A stretch of 64,000 nt of DNA from Prevotella sp. (GTDB taxonomy: Bacteria > Bacteroidota > Bacteroidia > Bacteroidales > Bacteroidaceae). The notes below the pieces were generated by a model that saw only the letters and a program-made list of their open reading frames with translations, was not told where the DNA came from and searched no databases. The position numbers and the translations under genes were made by a program. How positions within the stretch are numbered: the first letter of the stretch is position 1; the number at the start of each line of letters is the position of its first letter. Shown here in pieces: positions 27,261 to 37,226 of this stretch. The DNA lies in contig JAEEQH010000013.1 of NCBI GenBank assembly GCA_016285245.1, forward strand, positions 12,415-76,414. Direction: 5' to 3'.

Positions 27261-29417
27261 ATGAAAAAACTAATCTTGGGCGTGCTGATGGCGCTCACAG
27301 CATCAGGCGTAATGGCACAAAACAAGTCGTGGACGGCCGACAACGGCAATGGTACGTTTACCAATCCCCTGTTCTATGACGAGTTCTCCGACCCCGACGT
27401 CATCCGTGTGGGCGACGACTACTACCTGGCTGGCACGACGATGCATGCGGTACCCGGTCTGGTCATCCTCCATTCGAAGGATCTGGTGAACTGGGAGTTT
27501 GCCTCCTACTGCTTCGACCGCTTCGACTTCCCCGAGGACCGCTTCGCGCTGAAGAACCATCAGGAGATTTATGGCCAGGGCATCTGGGCGCCATGCATAC
27601 GCTATGCAAACGGCCAGTTCTATGTCTTCTCCAATATCAACGGCAAGGGTCTGCAGTGCTACACGGCAAAAGATATACGCGGTCCGTGGACACACCACAA
27701 CATGCAGGGTAATATCTATGACCTCGGCGTGCTGTTCGATGATGACGGCAAGATTTATGCCATTCACGGCTACGGCGAGGTGAAGTGTACCGAGCTGAAG
27801 CCCGACATGAGCGGACCTGTGGAGGGAACGGAGCGCACCATCATACCCGAAGGCAATGGCGTAGGCGAGGGGCACCACATGTATAAGATTGATGGTATGT
27901 ACTATCTCATATCTACTGACTACTCGCCCAACGGTCGTACACTCTGCTCACGTTCTAAAAGTATCTGGGGACCTTATGAGACACGGGTCATCCAGGCCGA
28001 CGAGACCTACGGCTACCATGCTGCTTCGCTGACACAGGTGCCTCGTGGCACGAAGTACCGCATCGGCGAGGATGGCACAAAGTTCCAGCTCGGCCCGCTC
28101 GACAAGGACGCCACAGCCTGCTCGAATGCCCATCAGGGCGGCATCGTGCAGGCAAAGGACGGCTCATGGTGGGCACTCTTCATGCAGGACTTCCATTCTA
28201 TTGGTCGCACCGTCTGCCTGATGCCCATGACTTGGGAGGATGGCTGGCCGATGGTGGGACTTAAGGGCAATCTGGGTCGTGCCCCCCGTACGTGGTTCAA
28301 GCCCGACACCAAGCTGGGCTGCTACGCCATCGGCGACGAGGCACAGCCCATGACGGCTCCTTACAACCGCAGCGATGACTTTAATGGAAAGACGTTCGCC
28401 CGCGTGTGGCAATGGAACCATAATCCGGACGACAAGCAGTGGAGCCTCCGTGGCGGCCGCTTGCGCATACAGAGCCAGCCCGCCGAACAGCTGATGTGGG
28501 CCCGCAACACGCTCACCCAGCGCGTCATCGGCCCGAAGTCCGTCGCCACCGTCGAGCTCTACACCAAGGGTATGAAGGACGGCGACGTCTGCGGACTGGG
28601 CAACATCAACGTGCCTTGTTCGTGGATAGGCATCGTCAAGCAGGGCAACACCCTCACCCTTCGCTGCTTCGAGCAACTTACCAACGACACCGTCAGTGTG
28701 CCCGTTGGTTTCGCCAACGGGAAAATCTACCTCCGCTGCATCGGCGACTACGACAACGACAAGATGCAGTACGCCTACAGCACCGATGGCCAGAACTTCC
28801 AGACCGTCGGCCACATGATGCCCCTCAGCTATCAGCTCATCAGCTTCCAGGGCTCGCGTCACGCACTCTTCGCCTTCAACACGAAGGGCAGACAGGGCGG
28901 CTATGCCGAGTTCGACAACTTCACCGTCGACGAGCCTTGCGCCGACCGCAGCGCTAACATCCCCTACGGCAAGACCATCCGCATCATCAACAAGGCCACG
29001 GGCCGACCCGCCATCGCCCTGAAACACGGCGTGCTTCACGACAGCCATGCTGGCGACAAGAGCCAGCTGACGCAGTTCAAGGTCATAGACCGCGGACAGG
29101 GCAGGGTGGCACTCCAATGTGTCGACGGCCGCTATGTGAAGGTCTATGGCAACGGTCTGCCCGGTGACGTGCGCTTTACCGACTCGCTCGTGCCTGCCGC
29201 TTCGTCAGACGGAACCCTCGCCACCACTGATGATATCAACAGCACGACCTTCCTGTGGCAGGATTTCCTTGACCACGACTTTATGCTGCTGTCGCTGAAG
29301 AACCACAAGTATCTGGGTAAGAGTCCCACGACGGGCAGTTCCTATTCCTGGGACTTCGCCGGTCCTGACCCTGCCCGCCGTAACGGCTCGGTACTGATGT
29401 GGGAGGAAGTGAAGTGA
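27261..29417 (+). CDS. Secreted GH43 glycoside hydrolase with beta-sandwich and C-terminal beta-trefoil-like domain
   Basis: NPLFYDEFSDPDVIRVGDDYY, SKDLVNW, GIWAP, EGHHMYK, HQGGIV, WQWNHNP motifs. Confidence 0.9.
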   Translation: MKKLILGVLMALTASGVMAQNKSWTADNGNGTFTNPLFYDEFSDPDVIRVGDDYYLAGTTMHAVPGLVILHSKDLVNWEFASYCFDRFDFPEDRFALKNHQEIYGQGIWAPCIRYANGQFYVFSNINGKGLQCYTAKDIRGPWTHHNMQGNIYDLGVLFDDDGKIYAIHGYGEVKCTELKPDMSGPVEGTERTIIPEGNGVGEGHHMYKIDGMYYLISTDYSPNGRTLCSRSKSIWGPYETRVIQADETYGYHAASLTQVPRGTKYRIGEDGTKFQLGPLDKDATACSNAHQGGIVQAKDGSWWALFMQDFHSIGRTVCLMPMTWEDGWPMVGLKGNLGRAPRTWFKPDTKLGCYAIGDEAQPMTAPYNRSDDFNGKTFARVWQWNHNPDDKQWSLRGGRLRIQSQPAEQLMWARNTLTQRVIGPKSVATVELYTKGMKDGDVCGLGNINVPCSWIGIVKQGNTLTLRCFEQLTNDTVSVPVGFANGKIYLRCIGDYDNDKMQYAYSTDGQNFQTVGHMMPLSYQLISFQGSRHALFAFNTKGRQGGYAEFDNFTVDEPCADRSANIPYGKTIRIINKATGRPAIALKHGVLHDSHAGDKSQLTQFKVIDRGQGRVALQCVDGRYVKVYGNGLPGDVRFTDSLVPAASSDGTLATTDDINSTTFLWQDFLDHDFMLLSLKNHKYLGKSPTTGSSYSWDFAGPDPARRNGSVLMWEEVK

Positions 29418-29418
29418 A

Positions 29419-29456
29419 AACAAAAAAGCTGCTCAGACTTGAGCAGCTTTTTTGTT
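29419..29456. terminator. Bidirectional terminator overlapping the end of the PanK gene
   Basis: Perfect 17-bp inverted repeat AACAAAAAAGCTGCTCA with a 4-nt loop, between convergent genes. Confidence 0.8.
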
Positions 29457-30266
29457 ATAGCTTAGTGCCGCGCCGATGGCGGTGCAGTACTGCGAGTATT
29501 TCGGAATGTGGAAGCGGATGTTGTAGAGTTTCTCTAATGGCGGGAAGATATCCTTGCACTGCGGCAACAGCGTCAGGTTACCGATGAGCACGAAGTCGCG
29601 GATGTCGGAACCGCGGCTCGACAGCCATGCGGCGGAGCCGATGGCTTGCAGCACCATCGAGATGATGCCGAGGGCGATGTCCTCCTTTGAGGCGTCGCTC
29701 TGTGCCTTGGCCAGGATGCTGGCGGTGGCATCCATGGGCAGTCCGGGCAGCGGTTCGGCGGAGATGTCGCCGATGCGCAGGTTCATGTTGCGGATGTCAC
29801 CCTGCATGGCCAGGGCTGAGACGGCCTTGATGTCGCTGGTGTTCAGCAGCATACGCGAGAGACCGGCCAGTGTGCCGCCGCCGATGCCAATACCGCCTAT
29901 GTGGCGCATCTCATCGCCGTTGCAGAGCACGAAGCTGGTACCCGTGCCCATCGAGACGACGATGGTGTGGTCGAGTTTAGACTCGTAGCGGGCGCCCAGA
30001 CCGTCGGCTAAGAACTCCTCTACTTTCTGTGTGGGCAGACCGTAGACGGGCCCTTTGATGTAGGCCGAGCCAACGCCCGTCAACATGACCTGTTCCACGT
30101 CCTGCAGGGCGATGTCGTTGTCGTGCAGATACTTGCCGAAGGCGCCGTAGAGTGACGTGATGGGGTCGGCGGCGGTGATGCGTGTTGGTGCCGTGATGCG
30201 GCCGTCCATCAGTCCTACGATTTTCGTGGTCGATATGCCCACGTCAATACCGATGATAATTCCCAT
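29433..30266 (-). CDS. Type II pantothenate kinase (CoaW/Fumble-like)
   Basis: IGIDVGISTTK, LTGVGS, VSMGTGTS, GGIGIGGGTL, AIGA (ASKHA fold); last gene of the pan/coa operon. Confidence 0.85.
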   Translation of the reverse strand: MGIIIGIDVGISTTKIVGLMDGRITAPTRITAADPITSLYGAFGKYLHDNDIALQDVEQVMLTGVGSAYIKGPVYGLPTQKVEEFLADGLGARYESKLDHTIVVSMGTGTSFVLCNGDEMRHIGGIGIGGGTLAGLSRMLLNTSDIKAVSALAMQGDIRNMNLRIGDISAEPLPGLPMDATASILAKAQSDASKEDIALGIISMVLQAIGSAAWLSSRGSDIRDFVLIGNLTLLPQCKDIFPPLEKLYNIRFHIPKYSQYCTAIGAALSYNKKAAQV

Positions 30267-30273
30267 AATTCTT

Positions 30274-31050
30274 CTATTTTATTGGTTGATAGTCTTCGTG
30301 AATGCTTTCGGCCATGAGACGGTAGATCTGCCGTGTCCGTTCGTCGGGCAGCATGCGGAGTTGCATCTCCATGATGCCGGTGTCGTAGCGTACCATGGGC
30401 CCGGTCTGTGCCTCACGGGGTGTGAGGAAACTGACCTTGCGGGCTGTCTCCTCTATCAGCGGCAGGAAGAGTCGGAAGTCTACGGCTTCCTCCTCCAGTA
30501 CGCGCTCGGCCAGACGGTAGCAGTGGTTTGTCAGGTTGCAGGCCAGGACGGCAGCAAGGTGCAGCTTCTTGCGACGGTTGGAATCGGCCTCAACCACGTT
30601 CTCCGAGACGCTTTCCGCTAAGGAACGGATGATGTCTAAGCTTTGTGCGTCGGTGGCTTCGATGAAGCAGGGGATGGGGCGGAAGTCCACGTGGCGGTTC
30701 TTGGAAAAAGTCTGCATGGGATAGAGCACGCCGTAGTGGCTGGCGAACGGACTGAACACACTCATGGGCACGCTGCCGGCCGTGTGGACGAACAGAGCGT
30801 CGCGCCGGCTACTGCAAAGGGTCGCTGCCACCTCGCTGATGGCATCGTCCTTGATGGAAAGGATGTAGACGTCAGCATCACGGCGGACGTCCTCAAGACG
30901 GACCGTGAAATCGCAACCAATCTTGTCGGCCAGCTCTTGCGCGTGTGTCTCCGTGCGGCTGTACACCTGAACGATGTCGTTACCGGCATCTCTCAAGGAC
31001 AGCGAGAGTTGTGTGGCCAGATTACCCGAACCAATAATGACGATGCTCAC
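30274..31050 (-). CDS. Rossmann/DUF2520 oxidoreductase, candidate PanG-type ketopantoate reductase
   Basis: IIGSGN, VHTAGS, YPMQTFS, LHLAAVLACN, AQTGP motifs; located inside the pan operon. Confidence 0.8.
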   Translation of the reverse strand: MSIVIIGSGNLATQLSLSLRDAGNDIVQVYSRTETHAQELADKIGCDFTVRLEDVRRDADVYILSIKDDAISEVAATLCSSRRDALFVHTAGSVPMSVFSPFASHYGVLYPMQTFSKNRHVDFRPIPCFIEATDAQSLDIIRSLAESVSENVVEADSNRRKKLHLAAVLACNLTNHCYRLAERVLEEEAVDFRLFLPLIEETARKVSFLTPREAQTGPMVRYDTGIMEMQLRMLPDERTRQIYRLMAESIHEDYQPIK

Positions 31051-31065
31051 CCTGTTTTTACCTTT

Positions 31066-32265
31066 TTACTGTTTTACCTTGATGACGTAGTCGAGAATCT
31101 TGTCGGCCGTTTCCTCCTTTGAACACAGTGGCAGCTCCACGGTCTCTGTCTGCGAGATCAGCGTCACCTTGTTGGTGTCGACGGCGAAGCCCGTCTTGTC
31201 GCTGCTGATGGAGTTGGCGCAGATGAAGTCGGCGTTCTTCTTCGTCAGCTTGGCACGCGAGTTCTCAATGAGGTTCTCCGTCTCCATGGAAAAGCCTACA
31301 AGTAGCTGTCCTTCAGGCTTGTGCTGGCCGAGATAGCCTAAGATGTCATTGGTGCGTTTCAAGTCGATTGTCATGTCGCCTTCGTGCTTTTTCACCTTCT
31401 GCTCAGAGTAGGTGGCAGGCGTGTAGTCGGCAACGGCACTGCACATGATGATGACGTCCTGTTCAGCACTTCGTGTGGAGACAGCGTCGAACATCTCCTG
31501 GGCGCTCTTGACATCGATGACATTGATGCCCGCGAAAGGCTTGATGCTGACGGGACCGCTGACCAGCGTCACCTCGGCGCCCCTCAGGGCAGCCATCTTA
31601 GCCAAGGCGTAGCCCATCTTGCCCGATGAGTGGTTGGTGATGTAGCGTACGGGGTCAATGGACTCCTGCGTGGGGCCTGCTGTAATCAGCATACGACGCC
31701 CCTGGAGGTCTTTCTCCTTGGCTACATGTAGCAGGATATGCTCCAGGAGCAGTTCTTCGGCAGGCATCTTCCCACTGCCCACGTCGCCACAGGCCAGCCG
31801 TCCCACGGCGGGCTCGACGAAATGGTAGCCGTAACGCTGCAGCCGCTGGATGTTGTCCTGAAGGATGGGGTTCTCCCACATACCTGTGTTCATGGCTGGC
31901 GCCAGGATGATGGGGGCCTTCGTGGCCAGCAGGGTAGTGGTCAGCATATCGTCGCAGATGCCTGCGGCGAGCTTGCCGATGACATTTGCCGTACAGGGGG
32001 CCACCATGAAGAGGTCGCCCTTCTTGGCCAGCGACACGTGCTTCACGTCGAACGAGAAGTTGCGGTCGAAGGTGTCAGCGATGCACTTGTTGTCCGTCAG
32101 CGTCTCGAAGGTCATCGGCGTGATGAACTTCGTGGCGTTCTGAGTCATAATGACGTGGACGTCGGCGCCCAGCTTCACGAGCATTGAGGCGAGGTTGGCC
32201 GTCTTGTAGGCAGCGATGCTGCCCGTCACGCCCAGTACGATGGTCTTTCCTGTCAGCATGGTCAT
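31066..32265 (-). CDS. coaBC: Bifunctional phosphopantothenoylcysteine decarboxylase/synthetase
   Basis: GVTGSIAAYK, PAMNTGMW, LACGDVG, TAGPTQESIDPVRYITNHSSGKMG. Confidence 0.95.
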   Translation of the reverse strand: MTMLTGKTIVLGVTGSIAAYKTANLASMLVKLGADVHVIMTQNATKFITPMTFETLTDNKCIADTFDRNFSFDVKHVSLAKKGDLFMVAPCTANVIGKLAAGICDDMLTTTLLATKAPIILAPAMNTGMWENPILQDNIQRLQRYGYHFVEPAVGRLACGDVGSGKMPAEELLLEHILLHVAKEKDLQGRRMLITAGPTQESIDPVRYITNHSSGKMGYALAKMAALRGAEVTLVSGPVSIKPFAGINVIDVKSAQEMFDAVSTRSAEQDVIIMCSAVADYTPATYSEQKVKKHEGDMTIDLKRTNDILGYLGQHKPEGQLLVGFSMETENLIENSRAKLTKKNADFICANSISSDKTGFAVDTNKVTLISQTETVELPLCSKEETADKILDYVIKVKQ

Positions 32266-32271
32266 GGGGTG

Positions 32272-32661
32272 TTATTGTTCGGCGAGAAGGCCGTGCTTCT
32301 CGTAGGTGGCCTTGCGCACGATGTTGTTGTCCTCGTCGACGAAGAGCACCACGGGGTGGTGCGTCTCAGCCTCCTCAGGAGTCATGCTGGCGTAGGCCAT
32401 GATGATGATCTTGTCGCCGGGATTGACGAGCTGTGCTGCGGCACCGTTCAGACAAATCATGCCTGTGCCCTCTTCGCCGGCTATAGCGTAGGTCTCCAGA
32501 CGATTGCCATTGGTGATGTCGGCAATCTCCACTTTCTCGTATTCCAGGATGCCCGACTCGCGCAACAAACGGGAGTCGATGGTGATGCTGCCAACGTAGT
32601 CGAGGTCGGCCTGCTTCACCACAGCGCGGTGTATCTTTGCCTTTAGCAGGGTTATTTCCAT
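32272..32661 (-). CDS. panD: Aspartate 1-decarboxylase
   Basis: [16 protein letters not shown] self-cleavage site, [15 protein letters not shown]. Confidence 0.96.
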   Translation of the reverse strand: MEITLLKAKIHRAVVKQADLDYVGSITIDSRLLRESGILEYEKVEIADITNGNRLETYAIAGEEGTGMICLNGAAAQLVNPGDKIIIMAYASMTPEEAETHHPVVLFVDEDNNIVRKATYEKHGLLAEQ

Positions 32662-32700
32662 TACCTTTCTAATCTTTCGGAGTTATCGAAGTAAACGTAG

Positions 32701-33546
32701 TTACTCGTTAACAATAAAGTTGTCAATCAAGCGCGTCTTGCCGATGTAGACGGCGATGGCCACGAGCGTCTCGCCCTCAATGCGGGGCGTGCGCTGGATG
32801 TTCTCGAAGTCAACAACCTCAACATAGTCGATGCGGGCCATGGGCTCCGTCTCCAGACTCTCACGGATGATGTCGATGATCTTCTGAGAGTCACGCTCGC
32901 CGCTGTCGATGGCTTCACGACCCTTCTTCAGACTCTTCGAGAGGATGAGGGCTGCCTGGCGCTCTTCTTTATTGAGATAGGTGTTGCGGCTCGACTTGGC
33001 CAGCCCGTCGGCCTCGCGGACGATAGGGCAAGGAACTATCTCTATAGGGAAGTTCAGGTCGCGCACGAAACGCTTCACCGTAGCCAGCTGCTGGGCGTCC
33101 TTCTGTCCGAAGTAGGCACGGTCGGGCAGCACGATGTTGAACAGCTTGCCCACCACGGTGCACACGCCGCGGAAGTGGACAGGACGCACGGCACCGCAAA
33201 GCAGTTCGGTGGTCTCGGTGGTATCGATGAACGAGGTGAAATGTCCCGGGTACATCTCCTCGGGCTCAGGGTTGAAGATGAGGTCGCCACCAGCCTCCTC
33301 AACGGCCTTCATGTCGCGGTTCAGATCGCGCGGATAGGCTTCCAAGTCCTCGTTGGGGCCGAACTGTATGGGGTTTACAAACACCGAGACGACGGTACGG
33401 TCGTTCTGTTCTGCCGACTTCCTGATGAGGCTCTGGTGGCCTTCGTGCAAGAATCCCATCGTGGGTACCAAGCCTACGCTAAGTCCCTCTTTGCGCCATC
33501 CGGCAACAATCTCTCTTACCTCCTTTACTGTCTTAACTACCTTCAT
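32701..33546 (-). CDS. panC: Pantoate--beta-alanine ligase
   Basis: VPTMGFLHEGH, FVNPIQF, FGQKDAQQ, GLAKSSRN, TRLIDN. Confidence 0.96.
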   Translation of the reverse strand: MKVVKTVKEVREIVAGWRKEGLSVGLVPTMGFLHEGHQSLIRKSAEQNDRTVVSVFVNPIQFGPNEDLEAYPRDLNRDMKAVEEAGGDLIFNPEPEEMYPGHFTSFIDTTETTELLCGAVRPVHFRGVCTVVGKLFNIVLPDRAYFGQKDAQQLATVKRFVRDLNFPIEIVPCPIVREADGLAKSSRNTYLNKEERQAALILSKSLKKGREAIDSGERDSQKIIDIIRESLETEPMARIDYVEVVDFENIQRTPRIEGETLVAIAVYIGKTRLIDNFIVNE

Positions 33547-33548
33547 AT

Positions 33549-33626
33549 CTTAATGCTTAATTCTTAATGCTTAATTCTTAATCGCCGAAGGCGACAACTC
33601 TTAACTCTTAATTCTTAACTCTTAAT
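33549..33626. repeat. Heptamer arrays (CTTAATG/CTTAATT then CTCTTAA) enclosing a TCGCC-GAA-GGCGA hairpin
   Basis: cttaatg cttaatt cttaatg cttaatt cttaa, hairpin at 33582-33594, then ctcttaa ctcttaa ttcttaa ctcttaa overlapping the panB stop. Confidence 0.85.
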
Positions 33627-34441
33627 TCCTCAAGCACCTCGTCGCTAATGTCATAGGTCTGGTTCTCGCCAGGGAACGTGCGTGCTTCGCAGTCCTGCTT
33701 GTATTGCTTGAATGCCTCCAGCATAACGCTGTGTAAGTCGGCATATTTCTGTACGAACTTGGGCACGAAGCCGTCGCTGTAACCCAGCATATCCTGATAG
33801 ACCAGCACCTGACCGTCGCAACTGCTACTGGCGCCGATGCCGATAGTCAGGATGTTCGACTGCTCGGTAATCATCTTCGCCAATGCCTCAGGAACACATT
33901 CCAAGGTCACGGCAAAGGCCCCAGCCTCTTCCACCGCCTTCGCGTCGTCAAGCAGTTTGCGGGCTTTCTCCAGTGTCTTGCCTTGCACCTTGTAGCCACC
34001 AAAGGCGTTCACCGACTGAGGCGTCAGTCCGATGTGTGCTACCACGGGAATGCCAGCTTGGACGATGGCCTTGATGCGGTCGGCATATTCGCGTCCGCCC
34101 TCCAGCTTGACGGCCTGACAGTTGGTCTCCTTCATGATGCGTCCGGCGTTGCGGACGGCATCCTCGACAGAGGTCTGGTAGGACATGAACGGCATGTCGA
34201 TGACCACAAAAGCCTCCTTGGCACCGCGGCAAACGGCCTTGCCATGATGAATCATGTCGTCGACGGTCACGGCCAACGTGTTCTCGTAGCCCAGCATGAC
34301 GTTGCCCAGCGAGTCGCCCACCAGGATCATGTCTATGCCTGCCTCGTCCATGGTGCGGGCGGTGTTGTAGTCGTAGGCCGTAAGCATACTTATTGGGAGT
34401 TTTCCCTTACGGTCCAATAAGTCAAAAATCGTTTTTCTCAT
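33608..34441 (-). CDS. panB: 3-methyl-2-oxobutanoate hydroxymethyltransferase
   Basis: MLTAYDY, ILVGDSLG, DMPFMSY, AVKLEGG, HIGLTPQS, DGQVLV. Confidence 0.96.
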   Translation of the reverse strand: MRKTIFDLLDRKGKLPISMLTAYDYNTARTMDEAGIDMILVGDSLGNVMLGYENTLAVTVDDMIHHGKAVCRGAKEAFVVIDMPFMSYQTSVEDAVRNAGRIMKETNCQAVKLEGGREYADRIKAIVQAGIPVVAHIGLTPQSVNAFGGYKVQGKTLEKARKLLDDAKAVEEAGAFAVTLECVPEALAKMITEQSNILTIGIGASSSCDGQVLVYQDMLGYSDGFVPKFVQKYADLHSVMLEAFKQYKQDCEARTFPGENQTYDISDEVLEELRVKN

Positions 34442-34481
34442 TACTTTTGTTTGTGTTATCCTTAATGCTTTTGTCGTGTTA

Positions 34482-35783
34482 TTAGTTTTGACTCTCGAAC
34501 TGACGGATTTTCTCCAGATAGTAGCGGCGCAGGTCCACCCAGCGGTAGTAGGGCCACTGGTTGGTGGCGACGGGCAACGTGGTCTCGCGCTCGTTCAGCA
34601 GGCCTTTGACGAGGATGTCGCCATTGCCCTTCTTCGGACGATAGAAGACGAGCTGGACGTTACAGCCCATGGGGAAGATGCGGTAGTTGCGCCAGACGTT
34701 GTCGAGGGTGTCGAGGTTCTCGACCTGTGCGCCGCAGTTGTCCATCTCCAGAAGGCAGGCCAGGGGCATGACGCACACCTCATGGCCGAAGCGCAGGGTG
34801 GCCTGTGTCTGGGTGACGGTGTCGGCCGTCTCGATGATGTTCTTCAGGAGGTTCAGCTGACTGAAAGGCATGACGCCTTCGGCCTGGGGAGCAGCACCAT
34901 AGTCCAAGTACCAGCCGACGTTGCGGATGCGCCACTGGTCGTAGAGCTCGTCGTCGGTGAAGAGCGAGAGCAGTTCGATGTCGGTGTCGTGGCTCTGCAT
35001 ATTGGTGGCGACGTCGAAGAGCTGGTTCATCAGTTCGCCGGCGCGTACATTATTATATATATACTGCTCGTCGTTGAAGAGCACCTTCATCAGACGCTCG
35101 GGGTGGGTGTAGCGCAGACGGGCCTCACGGCTCTCGCGGTCGCCAGTGGAGCGGCCAACGTTACGGACACGTCCCTCCCACGGCTGGTTCAGGTAATACT
35201 GCAGCGACTCGCTGACATCGTTGTGGATGCGGGCCGTCGGATTGGCGGCCATCAGCTCCTCACACTCAGCGATCATCGACAGGATGCAGCGCGTGACGAC
35301 CGTGGAGCGGGCGTCGATGGGTACGTTGCGGGTCTTGAAAATCTCGGGGAAGTGTTCGGCCATGCGGCGGCCGATGCCGTGGTGCTGCCGCTCGCCGACG
35401 GTCGTCAGGTCGCCCAGACGCTTCACCGTGGTGGGCAGGAACTCCTCGAGCTTGCGCAGCACCTCCAGTCCCTCTGCCGTTAGCTTGCCCTGGTCGCGGG
35501 CGTCACGCAGGGTGTTGATGGGTGAACGGTATTCACCCTCGTTGATGAGCCAACGTGAGCCGTGACGGCCGTAGTGGCTCATGTAGTATGGAACGTAGCC
35601 TTTGGGTGCCGGTGTCAGGGGAGTTGTCGACAGCTGGCGGTCGTAGTCCAGATAGTTGCTGCCAGCGAGGTAGCGGTTCTCCGCAATCTCTTCTTTTGCC
35701 GACTTTGTAAACGTGGCCGTCTGGGCTGTCATTGTGACAGCCGCCAGCAGTAAGGCGTTAAGGAGTGTCGTTCTCATTGTCAT
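34482..35783 (-). CDS. Secreted histidine acid phosphatase (Minpp/phytase-like)
   Basis: Signal peptide, YGRHGSR catalytic motif, LTTVGERQH, FGHE proton-donor motif. Confidence 0.85.
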   Translation of the reverse strand: MTMRTTLLNALLLAAVTMTAQTATFTKSAKEEIAENRYLAGSNYLDYDRQLSTTPLTPAPKGYVPYYMSHYGRHGSRWLINEGEYRSPINTLRDARDQGKLTAEGLEVLRKLEEFLPTTVKRLGDLTTVGERQHHGIGRRMAEHFPEIFKTRNVPIDARSTVVTRCILSMIAECEELMAANPTARIHNDVSESLQYYLNQPWEGRVRNVGRSTGDRESREARLRYTHPERLMKVLFNDEQYIYNNVRAGELMNQLFDVATNMQSHDTDIELLSLFTDDELYDQWRIRNVGWYLDYGAAPQAEGVMPFSQLNLLKNIIETADTVTQTQATLRFGHEVCVMPLACLLEMDNCGAQVENLDTLDNVWRNYRIFPMGCNVQLVFYRPKKGNGDILVKGLLNERETTLPVATNQWPYYRWVDLRRYYLEKIRQFESQN

Positions 35784-35902
35784 TGATAAGTTGGTAATCT
35801 CGTTTGAGTGATTAATCTCGTTTGAGTTGGTTATGAATGTCTAAATGAAAAACCCCGCTTCAGGCCGAAGGCCCTTCACGGGGTTCATAATGAAAGGAGG
35901 AG

Positions 35903-35975
35903 TGGTACCTCCAGGAATCGAACCGGGGACACACGGATTTTCAGTCCGATGCTCTACCAACTGAGCTAAGGCACC
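35903..35975 (-). tRNA. tRNA-Phe (GAA)
   Basis: Minus strand GGTGCCTTAGCTCAGTTGGTAGAGCATCGGACTGAAAATCCGTGTGTCCCCGGTTCGATTCCTGGAGGTACCA folds as a cloverleaf with a GAA anticodon; TACCTTTG promoter upstream near 36009-36016. Confidence 0.96.
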
Positions 35976-36089
35976 ATTTCGGTTTTGTTTTCCTTTCGTT
36001 TGCGGGTGCAAAGGTACGAACTTTTTTCCGTCCCACCAAACTTTTCGGCAATTATTTTTTGAAAAATCTTAATTCTTCACTCTTCGCTC

Positions 36090-37193
36090 TTAACTCTTCA
36101 ACGGGTTCCATCCCTGTGCTTTGAGCTCAAACTCCTGATTATCACGTGTTACGAGCACATGACCGTATTTCTTGTCGGTGATATGGCCGATGAGGTGGAC
36201 ATCGTCTAGCGCCTCAATCTTCTCGTGGTCACCGATGGGTACGGTGAATACCAACTCGTAGTCTTCGCCGCCGTTGAGGGCACAGGTGGTGACGTTCATG
36301 TTCATCTCCTCGGCCATGACGGCGGTCTGGTAGTCGATGGGCAGCTGCTTCTCGAAGATGCGGCAGCCGACGCCACTCTGCTTGCAGATGTGCATGAGTT
36401 CGGAGGAGAGGCCGTCGCTGACGTCCATCATGGCGGTGGGGCGGATACCGGCCTCGCGCAGGCGCTGGATGATGTCTCCGCGGGCCTCGGTCTGCAGCTG
36501 TCGCTGTAGCAGGTACTCCTTGCCTGCGAAGTCGGGCTTTCCGATAGTTGACAGTTGATAGTTGAGAGTTGACAGTTTCTGACTATCACCCTGCTTTTTT
36601 GCCTCGGCTATCTTTTTTTGGAGTTCATCTACCTGACTGTAGTAGACTCTCTTCTCGCGTTCCAGCAGCTGGAGACCCATATAGGCGGCTCCGAGGTCGC
36701 CGCTGACACAGATGAGGTCGGTGTCGTGGGCGCCGTTGCGGTAGACGATGTCCTCCTTGCGTGCTTCGCCGATGCAGGTGATGCTGATGGCCAGTCCGGT
36801 ATAGCTGGAGGTGGTGTCGCCGCCGACGATGTCGACGTTCCATTTGTCGCAGGCCAGGCGGATGCCTTCGTAGAGCTCTTCAATGTCTTCAACGCTGAAG
36901 CGCTTGCTCAGGGCCAGCGAGACGGTCAGCTGACGCGGCGTGCCGTTCATGGCGAAGACGTCGCTGATGTTCACCATGGCCGATTTGTATCCCAGATGCT
37001 TCAGGTCGATATAGGTGAGGTCGAAGTGTACGCCCTCCATGAGCAGGTCGGTGGTGATGAGTACCTCACTGTCGGGGTAGGAGAGAACGGCGCAGTCGTC
37101 GCCGACGCCGTACTTCGTTGATGTGTTCTTGGGTTGCAGGTCTTTTGTCAGGCGGTCGATAAGTCCGAACTCGCCCAGCTTAGCGATATCCAT
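36090..37193 (-). CDS. thiL: Thiamine-monophosphate kinase
   Basis: LGEFGLI, GVGDDCA, EGVHFD, NISDVFAM, DVSDGL, GGEDYEL. Confidence 0.95.
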   Translation of the reverse strand: MDIAKLGEFGLIDRLTKDLQPKNTSTKYGVGDDCAVLSYPDSEVLITTDLLMEGVHFDLTYIDLKHLGYKSAMVNISDVFAMNGTPRQLTVSLALSKRFSVEDIEELYEGIRLACDKWNVDIVGGDTTSSYTGLAISITCIGEARKEDIVYRNGAHDTDLICVSGDLGAAYMGLQLLEREKRVYYSQVDELQKKIAEAKKQGDSQKLSTLNYQLSTIGKPDFAGKEYLLQRQLQTEARGDIIQRLREAGIRPTAMMDVSDGLSSELMHICKQSGVGCRIFEKQLPIDYQTAVMAEEMNMNVTTCALNGGEDYELVFTVPIGDHEKIEALDDVHLIGHITDKKYGHVLVTRDNQEFELKAQGWNPLKS

Positions 37194-37226
37194 GTGTCTA
37201 TATAATATAAATAGGTGTATGTGTAG

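Noticed and set aside
35795-35975. tRNA-Phe as an integration site for the phosphatase and pan operon
   Set aside because: I found no duplicated tRNA 3' end and no integrase in the window; only a 15-bp direct repeat (35795-35809 / 35813-35827) and a hairpin follow the tRNA.
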